Origin: Octopus bimaculoides
Lineage: Eukaryota
DNA length: 40,958 bases
Direction: 5' to 3'
Assembly (NCBI RefSeq): GCF_001194135.2
Contig: NC_068982.1
Coordinates: forward strand, 85,130,098-85,171,055
The notes below the pieces were generated by a model. That model did no database searches, had not been told where the DNA came from, and saw only the letters and a program-made list of their open reading frames with translations. The translations under genes were made by a program, and so were the position numbers. This document shows positions 1 to 12,107 of this stretch, piece after piece; within the stretch, counting starts at the first letter, position 1; each line of letters begins with the position of its first letter.

Positions 1-8
1 TATATATG

Positions 9-43
<35 letters not shown>

Positions 44-67
44 TTTATTTAAAAGCAGCAGAAATAT

Positions 68-121
68 AACAAAAGACTGTTACTTGGAGTTTCACGTTTC
101 CGTTCATCGGGCAGTTTTGTT
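68..121 (-). ncRNA. Minimal type I hammerhead-like motif (variant core) in the PLE terminal repeat
   Basis: Minus strand: aacaaaACUG-c-CCGAUGA-ACG gaaa CGU-GAAA-C uccaa G-UA-a-CAGU-cuuuuguu. It carries a U4C core change and a C.A mismatch at the base of stem I. Confidence 0.6.
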
Positions 122-357
122 AGAAATGGGAAAGGAATGACAATGCAATCAAAACTAATATAAAATTTGAAACACATAGATCTGTTCCACTGGTCGTTTC
201 AAATAACCATCATGGGTGCGCAATGAACAAAACAAATGAATTTAATATAGATTCATCCTATTTAAAAAAATCGAAGATAACCTTAAAAAGAAAAATGGGC
301 TCAAAATACATATTGTAAATAATTAATTAAATTCAAATTAACACATTAAAATCAAAA

Positions 358-768
358 TGTCTACAAAAGGGTATTGTGTATAGAGCCAAAGTCCAGATAG
401 AAGGCTCGCACGATTAAAGAACTTATACAGGGGCTACGGAAAATTCATTTAAAATCAGGCTTTATTTGCACAAAAATTCTTTTAGATACCCCAAAAATAG
501 GACAAAGACTAGCCTGGCAAAATACGTCTGGCAATTAAAGGAAAACAAAGCCCAACCTTTGAACGTGATATGGGGGATTTTAGGTAGAGCATCGCCTTAC
601 ATGCACGGTGCACATAAAAGACGAATGAAATGAGAGTTGTGTTTGTTGGAAAAGTTGCATATCTTATTCTAAGATAAGAAAGCTCTGAACCAAAGACGTG
701 AACTTTTAAATTCATGTAGACATGCGTCCAAATTTAAAATGCCGGCAAGTAACATACCATATGGGTAG
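358..768 (+). pseudogene. Penelope GIY-YIG endonuclease relic (3 in-frame stops)
   Basis: Manual translation: CLQKGIVYRAKVQIEGSHD*RTYTGATENSFKIRLYLHKNSF...TSLAKYVWQLKE...ELCLLEKLHILF*...LNQRRELLNSCRHASKF. This is the GIxY/YxG, LCLxEK and CRH pattern of PLE endonucleases. It is absent from the ORF track because of the stops. Confidence 0.9.
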
Positions 769-2563
769 TATATATAATTTTTGATAATGTTTGACTCCTC
801 GTAACCATTGTGCAATCTTACTATTGGATTGGTATCGCATTATAAATGATTTATTTAGCATTGTAAGAATATTGTATAGATCCCTACATCATTTTAAGAA
901 AACCTTCGACTGTTATATGTATAGTTTTTTTTCTTTTTTCTTGTTTTACTTTATTCTATTCTATTTGTATTTATTTTAAAACACTTTGTATACAAATTTT
1001 ACCGTTTTATGGATGGTTCGACATATGGAATTCTATTATGCATGTATTTTTGCCCGATTTTAACTTTTATACACCCAGCAATTTCTTAAAAAGTTGTCTA
1101 CATATATACGCTGAGACCTAAAAGTTTTTTATGTGGATGTCTGTATTGTAACAATGCTTACATATTCGTATGTGTGCGTCTATGCTTACATATAAAGCCT
1201 AGGTTTACACTTGTGCACATACAGTCATGATTTCGTGTGTGTGTGTTTTTGTGTATGCTTATATTTATTTACACATACATGCACTTATTCGCGTGTGTGC
1301 ATCTATGTTATATATGGGAATGTGCGCTCAGGTTTACGCTCACACATACTTGAATGTGTGCATACACATGCATACAGTTATATTTGTGAGTATTTTCATA
1401 CATACCACAATATATATCTATATACGTGATGCTAATATACATTTTTGTATACACATATATACGCAGTTCAATTTTGTGTACGTTTTTTATATACGCTACA
1501 CTCCCTTCTTGCTTGCTTTCCTTCCTTCTCCCTTTCTTTCTCTATTTCTTTCTTCCTTTCCTCCTTTCTCTCTTTTCTTCCTTTCTGTCTTTCTTTCTTT
1601 CTTCCTTTCCTTCCTTGAGATAGCAACACTTTCTCTCTTTCTATATTAGTAACGTTCTTATCGATATGTTACCCTCCCCCTCTACTTCACAGGTTAAGAT
1701 ACAATTTTTGTTACCAGTGCATAATTTTTTCATGCGCGAGCTTAACTGCGTGTATATGTGTATGTGTATACATATGTATTCATGCATATATTTGTGTCTT
1801 GCAAATATATACCTATATACGTAGATTGTCTGTAGATATGCATCTGTGTATTTTCATGTATATATATATATGTTGTGGATAGTCTAGTATGCGTATATAC
1901 TGTTGTAATTTTATTTTTAATGCAACGTATATTTTATTTTATTTGATTTTAATGTGTTAATTCGAATATAATTAATTATTTACAATATGTATTTTGAGCN
2001 NNNNNNNNNNNNNNNNNNNNNNNNNNNNNNNNNNNNNNNNNNNNNNNNNNNNNNNNNNNNNNNNNNNNNNNNNNNNNNNNNNNNNNNNNNNNNNNNNNNN
2101 NNNNNNNNNNNNNNNNNNNNNNNNNNNNNNNNNNNNNNNNNNNNNNNNNNNNNNNNNNNNNNNNNNNNNNNNNNNNNNNNNNNNNNNNNNNNNNNNNNNN
2201 NNNNNNNNNNNNNNNNNNNNNNNNNNNNNNNNNNNNNNNNNNNNNNNNNNNNNNNNNNNNNNNNNNNNNNNNNNNNNNNNNNNNNNNNNNNNNNNNNNNN
2301 NNNNNNNNNNNNNNNNNNNNNNNNNNNNNNNNNNNNNNNNNNNNNNNNNNNNNNNNNNNNNNNNNNNNNNNNNNNNNNNNNNNNNNNNNNNNNNNNNNNN
2401 NNNNNNNNNNNNNNNNNNNNNNNNNNNNNNNNNNNNNNNNNNNNNNNNNNNNNNNNNNNNNNNNNNNNNNNNNNNNNNNNNNNNNNNNNNNNNNNNNNNN
2501 NNNNNNNNNNNNNNNNNNNNNNNNNNNNTATATATATATGCATGCATATATATATATACATGC

Positions 2564-2596
<33 letters not shown>

Positions 2597-2815
2597 CATA
2601 TATATATGCATATATACATAAGTATATGTGCATAATTACATGTATACGTATATATAAATACGTATGTAGGAACAGGATGTCACGAAATATGTACAACAAA
2701 GAAATATGAAGTACAATTACATGGAATTTGAACTACTTTTTCGGTTGTACACGTTTCATGATGTCCTTTGCCCACATATGCATTTATATATACGTATAGA
2801 TGTATGTACGCATGC

Positions 2816-2868
<53 letters not shown>

Positions 2869-3380
2869 ATTATTATACACGCATCTTCTTCCAAGTAAGT
2901 TTTATCTTAATAATTCCGATGCGCACTCCATACAATCTTTTTACTCTTTCATTTTTCTCTCTTTCTCTCTCTTATTCTTTTACCTCCTCTTCTCCCTTCT
3001 ATCCTATTACTCTGTCACTCTCTCTCCCTCACTCCTCCTCCCTAGCTCACGTGGCTCCCACGTGACTATTAGTCATCTTTCTTTGTTCTCCTAACTTGTG
3101 TTTCTTTCTCTCCATTGTAGCTGGAACAAGGAAGATGTGTTCTTGTCTATCTCCTGTCCAAGCTTGATTTATGCATTCATCACCACAACCTCGTTTAGGC
3201 TTAGCAGCCCTTCCTGTTTGTTTTCACTGTCCTGTTTGTATTACCAATTTTTGTTGTACACATTTCATGACGTCCTGTGCCCACATATGCATTTATATAT
3301 ACGTATAGATGTATGTACATATACGTATGCATATATATGTACATTATTTATATGATTGAATGCCACAGATCCTCTTCCAA

Positions 3381-3461
<81 letters not shown>

Positions 3462-3740
3462 TATATGCACATCACCTATTTTGTTATGTCAAGCTTTGTA
3501 ACAAAAAATAAGCTATAGATGTGGTTCAATCAATGTGATTGTTAATTTGTGGTTTTCTCAATTTTCTGATTTATTTGCATTGATTCCTGACAAACTCTTG
3601 TTTATTCTGTTATCTGCACTCTATGTATATGGTGAGCTGCACACCATTGCCTGTGCATAATATAAGTAACGGATGCCAATAGTACCTAAGAACATTTTAT
3701 CCCTCAGTCGGATATTATAACAGCTAACTCTGTTTACATA

Positions 3741-3774
<34 letters not shown>

Positions 3775-3775
<1 letters not shown>

Positions 3776-4618
3776 TAGCAGCTAAGCCTGGTTTTACCCA
3801 GTCTGTTTGGATGATGTGGCTGTGATTGTTTTTGGTTAGGCATAATCTATAATAGCGTTTTTCAACCTTACCATTTCAGGCCCCGTTTCGATTGAAGCCT
3901 CCAGCTGTATGAAAATTTCCTGACCACCCCACCTTGTCAGAAAACAGCTTCATGAGGTGTGAAGAAAGAATCTGTATGTAGTCTATTTCTGAGAGCTATT
4001 CTATTGGACCTCTGTCTAATTACGTCTTTTAAGGTACACACACATACATAGAAAATGTGAGGTCATGGTAGAACATTTTTACGATAGTTGATTTATGGAA
4101 AAGATTATGTTAAATTTTTGAAATGCAAATATGTGAATGAAAATTAAGTTCAGACCTTTACATGGTAGCTAGACCTGGTAGAAATAACAGCCAAATCTCC
4201 CTCAAAACACCCTACTGTCTTAATCCGACAATTCTGTGTATTATGTAGTTTGAATGAGAAACTGTAACTAAAGATTAAGATTATTAACCCCACAAAGAGG
4301 TGAAAGAAGAGAGACAGCATAGCGAAAGTTTTGGCTGACTGTCATCCTGTACTCCCCTTGTTGCTAGCGAAATGGTATATGGCTGTGTGAGCAACTGGTT
4401 GTTTAAATTGTGGAAGAAATGGGAATTACATTAGAAAACGTTTTAATCAATTTTCTTGGGAACTATGGGGGCTAGGAAAAAATACAAACTGCATTCCACT
4501 CTGTGCACCCATCTCCACATGTGTGCCATTTTTCATGAGAATTCACCCAGCCATTTGGCTGTGAACCTCAAGATAAGAAAGAATACAACGATCGCCCATG
4601 TCCAATTTATATTAGAGA
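3775..4618 (-). mobile_element. Non-autonomous Helitron, copy 1
   Basis: Minus strand begins A|TCTCTAATATAAATTGGAC (4618) and ends with a subterminal hairpin plus CTAG|T (3775). The ~250-bp 3' part and the 5' tip are shared with 36398-37190. Confidence 0.7.
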
Positions 4619-4772
4619 TATATGCATATCTATATATACACACATATATATGCATATATATATATATATATATGCATATATGTATACATATATGCATACA
4701 CATATATATATATGCTGTTGTACTTGGGGATGGTCATATTGCCAGTTTAGCCAATCTTGCCAAATCTTGCAA

Positions 4773-4850
<78 letters not shown>

Positions 4851-4859
4851 TATCTCTGT

Positions 4860-5400
4860 ACCTTTCCCTTTGTCTCTGATTTTTTTCTAATCCTTCAATC
4901 CCACTGCCCCCTACCCCTTCCTCCTCCTTCCAAATGACTGGTGTCCGGCCAGCCATGATCGTTCTTTCTTGGCCTGACTGCCGACCACCAACACTTCTTA
5001 TGTCCATTACGTATGTTCCTGCCTTTAGGCTTTCACTTCATACACCCCAGCTCAATTTGATCCATTCTCAGTCGAAAGACACCTGTTGTTATTTTCTTGT
5101 TGTTTGTATTTGTTACTGTTTACCATGTTCTTCATGTTTTGTCTTTGTTGCCGTACACATTCACAAGCTTTCTTACAAAAAAGTCTAATGCTCATAGATT
5201 AGACTTTGGGGGGGCAACCAGATTGAACTGACTGAAGTGTAACTGCCCAAAACAGTAAGTACTTCTGGTATACTTGACTGAGGAAAGAAAGCCATGAACA
5301 ACCCGTCTTTTTTTGCCTGTCCTCCTAATAGTTCTTTCTCCTGTCCGCCTTTGTATCGTCTATCTGTCCAAATGTTTTATTGCACTCTATTGCATTTTTG
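4860..5400 (+). repeat. Dispersed repeat family member, related to 34700-35360; possibly a PLE terminal region
   Basis: Shared blocks: cagctcaatttgatccattctcagtcgaaagacacctgttg vs cagcttaatttaattcgtcctcagtcaaaagatatctgttg; also tctaatgctc-tag, ccagatt...tctgg and ctga-gaaagaaa...cctgtcc. Confidence 0.5.
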
Positions 5401-5464
5401 TTCCATTTTTTATATTTATATGTGTATAGGCACACACACACACACACACATATATCATCATCAC

Positions 5465-5498
<34 letters not shown>

Positions 5499-5624
5499 GT
5501 TTANNNNNNNNNNNNNNNNNNNNNNNNNNNNNNNNNNNNNNNNNNNNNNNNNNNNNNNNNNNNNNNNNNNNNNNNNNNNNNNNNNNNNNNNNNNNNNNNN
5601 NNNGAATTAAATACTACATACGTT

Positions 5625-6031
5625 AACAAAATTTAATTAAATACAAAAAAAAAAACCACACACATGAACAAATAAACAAATAAAAACAAATACAAACGAA
5701 CACGTATTAACAGAGTATATAGGTGATACAGACACTCCCCATACACACATGCACTTACAAAAGACACAGACACATTGAAGGACACGCATGCGTAGACACA
5801 TACAATAGGAATACAAAATACAAAATGGCTGATAGTTAGCAAGGTGAGACACACATAAGAAGGATGGAAACAAAGGACCACTGATGAGGTCACAGAAGTG
5901 TGACGAAAGAACTCTGGCCGAAATAAGATTAAGATTAATGTAATATAAAGCTGAAGCAAATTAACACCAAATATACAGTGCGTGTGTTTTTATTGGCTAA
6001 ACTGGCAATATGACCATCCCCAAGTACAACA
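5625..6031 (+). mobile_element. Putative PLE-type terminal repeat carrying a hammerhead-like motif
   Basis: Hammerhead-like motif at 5878-5917. The last 40 bp (5992-6031) are a perfect inverted copy of 4716-4755, and the element ends in a TA run. Confidence 0.45.
5878..5917 (+). ncRNA. Minimal type I hammerhead-like motif
   Basis: CCA-CUGAUGA-g-GUCAC agaagu GUGAC-GAAA-G aa C-UC-UGG. Core intact, 5-bp stem II with one extra G, very short stem III, 3-bp stem I. Confidence 0.6.
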
Positions 6032-6499
6032 TATATATATATATANNNNNNNNNNNNNNNNNNNNNNNNNNNNNNNNNNNNNNNNNNNNNNNNNNNNNNN
6101 NNNNNNNNNNNNNNNNNNNNNNNNNNNNNNNNNNNNNNNNNNNNNNNNNNNNNNNNNNNNNNNNNNNNNNNNNNNNNNNNNNNNNNNNNNNNNNNNNNNN
6201 NNNNNNNNNNNTATATTTTTAAATATATATACATCTATACATATACATACATCTATATATATATTCTGTTGTGTCTGGGGAGAGTCATTCTCTTTTAGTG
6301 CCACATAATTTAACACACTCACTGGTAAAATTTCCACTTATTTCTTTTTCATTTTTCTAAAATTTTCATTGCGTCTTGCAACCTTTTCAATAGCTTTGAG
6401 TCAAAACTATTGAAAAGGTTGCATTTTTTAAGTGTGTCATAAGTAATAAGTGTGGTACAGGAAACGATTGTCATGACCCCCCACAATTGATGGACTCCG

Positions 6500-9400
6500 G
6501 TTGGCCACTGCTGCTACCAAACCACCCATCACACCAACATCAATGCTATTTCTACTAATGAATATAAGAGTCTTGCTACAGAACAAAAGTAAATGCAAAA
6601 TTGAGCACCTGAAGAATCTTTCTGCATCTAATCAAGATATATGCAATGTGCTTATAGAAACACCTCTATCTGCAGACATAAATGATGTGGAGATACACAT
6701 ACCAATGTATGCTATCTTCCGTACAGACAGAAGAAAAAGAAGTCATGGTGGAGTTGCAATGTACATCTGAGAAGATGTTACACATTTAACCCTGTTATTG
6801 AACTCGAACTCGGTGTGTGACACACTCATAGTACATCTAAAGCAACTTGATATAGTGATATGCACACTATATCACCCACCTGATGCCTAAAATTATGATG
6901 GAAAATTTGAGGAAAGCCTCAGTGTGATAAAAGAAGTACTAACACAATTGGATCAATGTACTACTATATTCTTGATGGGTGACTCCAACTTCCCCAACAT
7001 CAGGTGGTCTGAGGGCAATATAACCCCAGGAATGATGCACAAAGAGTGAAATCAAGTAAAATCTCTACTTGATCTTACAAAAATGCTATTCATGGAGCAG
7101 ATCATACTCTCTCTAACCATGCACAAAAATAACCTGGATCTCTGCTTTACAAAGAATGTGGAAACTATCCACAATGTAAGTATATCACCAACAATATTCT
7201 CAGACCATAACATGGTAGAAATGATAATGTATGGCCCAGAATTAACTAAAAATAAACTCTGCACAGACGGCGCTCAAACCGTATTCAGCCTAAATTTCTT
7301 TAAGGCAGACTTGAAGTCACATATAAAAACAGATACTCCAGCAGGACTGGCCTAAAAGCATCTCTATGCAAGACATAGATATGAAACTCAATAAATTCAT
7401 GTCAATAATGCAAGCCATATGCATATATACCAGAGAAGAGAGCCAATACACACAAAAACTGAATAGGCATAATTGTTAGTCTCCCATTGGTTAAAATTAC
7501 TGCCCATATTTGAATTCTAAACTTTCGTCAAAGAGAAATCTTTCACGAAATGCGGCTCTTAGAATTCAGGTATGAGCAATTATAAAAACCCTGATTTTTG
7601 GGAGATTAATCAGTGATCATTGGTTGTCACTCGACTCCATGACACTCGCTCTCAGTCATCGTTGGTTGTCAATCAACTCCACAACACTCACACTCATGTT
7701 CGTTGGTTGCCACTCATTTCCACGACACTCACTCTTTTGAGATATTGGCTATTTTTATGCCATGTCTATTACTTAATTCATCAAGACTATTTTGAATTGT
7801 TGTGTAAAACTCTAGTAGTTTAGTATGGAAGAATTAGTAATATAAATTTTATGTTATGTCGTAATTCTCTACAACAATTTCCTTTGACTTCTAAATGTAC
7901 AGTAAATATCAAATATATGTAAATAAACTAATTTAGGAAATACTTTCTCTTTCTTCATTTTCTTCAACCTGTTAATGAGATTTATTTCTGTAACTATGAA
8001 ACTGTTATTATAGTGGTGAAAAAGAGCGAGCTTATTTATCTTCAACACACATGTACGTTTCAGCATCTTGGTGTATATAATTCATCATGGCATTTACGCA
8101 GCCTGAGTTAAGATTTATGTATAGTGATAATACTTATAATTAAGTTATAAGTGACAGGTTTATCACTACAAATTTCTACTCAATAAACATCTATATTTAT
8201 TATCTTTTGCAAGTCAAAAACATTTTAAACCAGATAATCCAACACAAAGTTATAAATTAGTGACAAACCAATGTGGACTTAGGAGAGTCTACTCGGGAGA
8301 ATAATCACCATATAAATAAGATAATCTCAGCCTGTTATAAAAGTGGTAAAACCACTGCTTTATAGAAGTGGTAACTCAACGTTATAGCAAAGGAATCTGC
8401 CTCAGTACACTATAAGATAGGGCCACTATTTGGTAAAAACGGCTTACTAACTGCAGACCTGGGGAAGATAAATGAAGATGTAATATCGGCCATTGATGAG
8501 ATAAGATCAAACCCAGCAACAGGCCTAGATGAACTCCTGGCTGTTCTCTTAAAGACATGTAAAAAGACTCTTGCAAAGCCATTGCAGATACTCTTTCAAA
8601 GTTTCCTTGTATGTGATAAACTTCCCAACATGCTAAAAGAGGGTATAATATGCCATGTCCATAAAAGAGGGAGCAGAGCAGATGCTAAAAACTACAGGCC
8701 CATCTCTCTGCCCACACAAGTTAGTAAGACAACGGAACGCATTGTCAGAAAAAGGCTGATCATGTTCCTAGAAGAAAACAACCTTCTCACAAATATGCAA
8801 CATGGCTTCCATCCAGGGAGGAACTGCCTCACACAGTTGCTACAGCACTTTGATTTGGTACTGAAGCAACAACTAAACCAGTCAACTTTAGACGTGATAT
8901 ACCTCGACTTTGCCAAGGCCTTCGACAAGGTTGATCATGGCATGATATGTCACAAGCTGCGAAACCTTGGTATTACCAGGAAACTGGGAGAGTGGCTGCA
9001 TGATTTTCTGAAGGGCAGGAGTCAGACAGTTGTAGCCAATGGTGCTCACTCTGAAGGGACACCAATTCTCAGTGGAGTCCAACAGGGAACTGTACTAGGG
9101 CCACTACTATTTGTTGTGGCACTCTCACACATGCCCTCCATGGTACAGTCAACCAATCTGACCAGTTATGCTGACGACACAAAAGTATCGCAGTTAGGAA
9201 CTCAGAGGACATCATAAAACTGCAGAGAGACCTGAATGAAATCTACAAATGGGCCAACAAAAATAACATGCAGTTCAATGCTATGAAATTTCAGGCACTC
9301 CACTATCAGTCCAACACCAGGCTAAAATCGGAATACACTGGACCAGAAGGTAATACAATCCCAGAGTCAGAGTCGGTACATGACCAAGGGGTCATGAGCA

Positions 9401-10123
9401 ATAATGCAACATTCCATTTAAATAATACCAAGATGGCAACACTGTGCAGGCAATTAGCTGGATGGGTTCTGAGGACATTCAGAACCAGGAAAAGAAAAGC
9501 CCTGCTACTCCTATGGAAGACTTTCGTTCTCAGTTGCTTGAACTATTGCTCCCAACTATGGTCCCCAGAGAGTGTGAAACAAACTGTGGAACTCAAAGCA
9601 ATCCAGCACCAATATACAAAGAAGATTGACTCAATGCACAAGATGGGCTACTGGAAGAGGCTAAAGAAGCTGAGTCTCTATTCCATGAAGAGAACACGAG
9701 AGAGATATGTGGTGACATATATTTGGAAGATCTTGGAGGGTTTGGTTCCCAATTTTGGAATTGACAACTATACCAATCCTCAAACTGGACAGCACTACAT
9801 CATACCAAAGATCCCGTCTTCCCCATCTAAAATAAAGACGTAGTACTGTAATAGTCTGGGTTTCAAGGGCCTGCAATTGTTCAAAATCCTTACAGGCAAC
9901 CTTAGAGATATGCATGGTATTAAAGTGGAAGTTTTCAAAGAACGTCTGGACAGGTTTCTATCTGAGAAACCAGATGAACCCACATCACGGCAGGAGATGC
10001 AAAGAAGAGCAGCTCCATCCAACTCATTACTTCGCCAAAAACAATACCGGAAACAACACCGAGTAACTACAGGTGGTGCACCAGCATGACTTCAGCCCTG
10101 GACTGAAACCAGTAAAAAAAAAA
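6500..10123 (+). mobile_element. Degraded CR1-clade LINE (APE endonuclease + RT + 3' stem-loop/A tail), interrupted at about 7460-8385
   Basis: APE: LMNIRVL...ETPL...RTDRRKRSHGGVAMYI...GDSNFP...SDHN. RT: NYRPISL, QHGF, YLDFAKAFDKV, SGVQQGTVLGPLLF, YADDTK. C-terminus NYCSQLWSP...WKILEGLVPN. Several stops and frameshifts. Confidence 0.92.
7460..8385. mobile_element. Unclassified AT-rich insertion inside the CR1, with three ~42-bp tandem units at 7620-7733
   Basis: LINE coding similarity stops at about 7455 and resumes at about 8386. Units ttggttg(t/c)ca...ctcca...acactc start at 7620, 7662 and 7703. Confidence 0.5.
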
Positions 10124-11837
10124 CAAGATAAATAGACAAAAAATGATAATAAAATTGGAGGGAAATTTTTAAAATCCACACTTAAACACGTGTTTTCCTG
10201 AGACACATGTACTAAACTGTGTATATACAACACCATTATCTAAACCAAATTGATATTCTGAAAAGAAAAAAAGCATATTCATGTGATTATCACAATGCTG
10301 ACTATACACAGCAAGTGCACTTTTGCAGTCAGCTAGTAAAGTTCAAAATGTCACTTTCAAACTTGCTTTTCACTTTGTTTAGAATTTGTGAATGTTTTTA
10401 TACAGTACAGTAGTTAACAGAAATTATAATAAATCTGACTAAACACTTTTTGTTCCATACATCGTAATACTAAAAAAGACAATCTTTGAGAAAAGCAGTG
10501 CAGTTAAAAATGAGACCAACAAAAAAAGTAGAAAAAAAAAGGAAATGTAAAAAATATGTAGGTCTTTAACTATCAAAATGAAACAATTTGAAATAAAGTG
10601 TTATTTTCATTTCTCAACATCATCATTGACTTCAAATTAAGTCAATTTTAATTTTACAAAAATAATTAATTCATTATAAATATGCAATTAATCATTTGTA
10701 AGATTTCAGAAGAGAAATTTATGAATGGAAATGTATGTCTATTCCATTACAAGAGTTAAACAAGATCAAAACAAGATGTAATGTTGAATCTCTGATGTTC
10801 AGAACTTAGAAATCAGAAGGTTGTTTCAAAATAAATAAATAAATAAAATGATAGTGGAAGATCTATAATTCACTTATTTTAAAGCATTTACTACTTCTTT
10901 TTTTTTTTTTTGATAATACAGGAAAGCCAATTTACTTTTTACATTCCCCATATGCCACTTTCCTCAAAAATTACCTCAAAGGAAATCAGTGTACATTATA
11001 CATATATTTTTCAGTTTTACACTGTCCATAAATTAGTGGAGATCTATAAATTAAGCTATACTCTCTCTTCAATGTAGATGTCTGCAATGTGCATCACTGA
11101 TTTCTGTGTTACCCTATTCACTCTACACCAAATTTGTTTCCTCGTGACTCAATGGATGCTAATATGTAGGCTTTCCTGGTACCAATGACTTCACAATGAT
11201 TTGAACAACATAATACCACTATGTCCACCCATTTGGCTTGCAGCTTTGAATTCATAATGCTATACTTAATATTTGTAGACATTGTTGTTTTTGCTCTCTC
11301 TAGTTACATTCTCCACAGAGTAAAAAGTAGCTTCAGGTTTAATTAATCTTATGTTCATGTGAATTGCAAGGAAAACTAATGGCAGCCTTCCTATTCAAGT
11401 ACTATATTCCATAAGCACCGAAACCAGTCGCTTGATTCTAGATAATATGTGTTGGTTGTCATCAACTTATAAGAATCTATGCTCATATAAACAATAAATG
11501 GAATGAAACACCTCAACACAGCAGAATTTGTCTAACAGACTTCATTTATTGAGAACAGTATTTAATCCCATACTTCACCAATCACATATGCACATTAACT
11601 CATACACATGCACATACACATATACCCACATATTTTACAAATATATAGACACACATCTGTACACATATATGTAAGTATGTGCTATTGTGAATATGTGAGA
11701 ACACACACATTCACAAAGGGAAAAAACATGCAAAATGGTAACGAGTGCATACATGTGCATGCATGGATACACATGCACTGATGCAAAAAGAGAACTAAAA
11801 AGTAAGAAGGTGAGATAAGAAAGTGTATATATTTTAC

Positions 11838-12107
11838 CTGTCTAACACTGAGAGCAGAAGGCTCGCCCATGGGTCGTTGATCCAGACGAAGTCGCATGCA
11901 CTCATACACAACATCCAATAAGACACGCAGCAGAAACAAGTAACTTGAACGGAATGAAGGTAAGCCCAATTCCAGGAATTGTTTGTTCCAAGAACCTTGG
12001 TTTACTTTCCTACTCCCACAACAGTTTGTTTCATCAACGGTATTGGATTCAGACATTTGTGGCATGCTGATCACTGGCAGTAGTGTGCTGACATCTTTTG
12101 ATAAATT
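11838..12107 (-). CDS. MAP3K4: Internal coding exon (90 codons, phase 0/0) of a MAP3K4/MEKK4-like kinase gene, N-terminal non-catalytic region
   Basis: The minus strand has a pyrimidine-rich acceptor ttttcag|AAT at 12107 and a donor CAG|gtaaaa at 11838. The 270 nt between them are open: NLSKDVSTLLPVISMPQMSESNTVDETNCCGSRKVNQGSWNKQFLELGLPSFRSSYLFLLRVLLDVVYECMRLRLDQRPMGEPSALSVRQ. The C-terminal half matches my recall of the MAP3K4 motif LPSFEPAFLVLCRVLLNVIHECLKLRLEQRPAGEPSLLSIKQ. Confidence 0.88.

Larger units (their letters stand above)
41..1999 (+). mobile_element. 5'-truncated Penelope-like element with an inverted 5' terminal repeat; the 3' end runs into the N gap
   Basis: GIY-YIG relic at 358-768. 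Segment 299-356 is the reverse complement of 1942-1999 (2 mismatches in 58). A hammerhead-like motif lies in the inverted copy at 68-121. Confidence 0.85.

Noticed and set aside
7620-7733. CRISPR-like repeat/spacer appearance (also 20130-20305)
   Set aside because: Eukaryotic context, degenerate contiguous units with no unique spacers, and no cas genes.
11682-11837. C-terminal extension of the 130-aa ORF past ...SVRQ
   Set aside because: It follows a strong GTAAAA donor, is low-complexity, and MAP3K4 similarity ends there; it is intron read-through.
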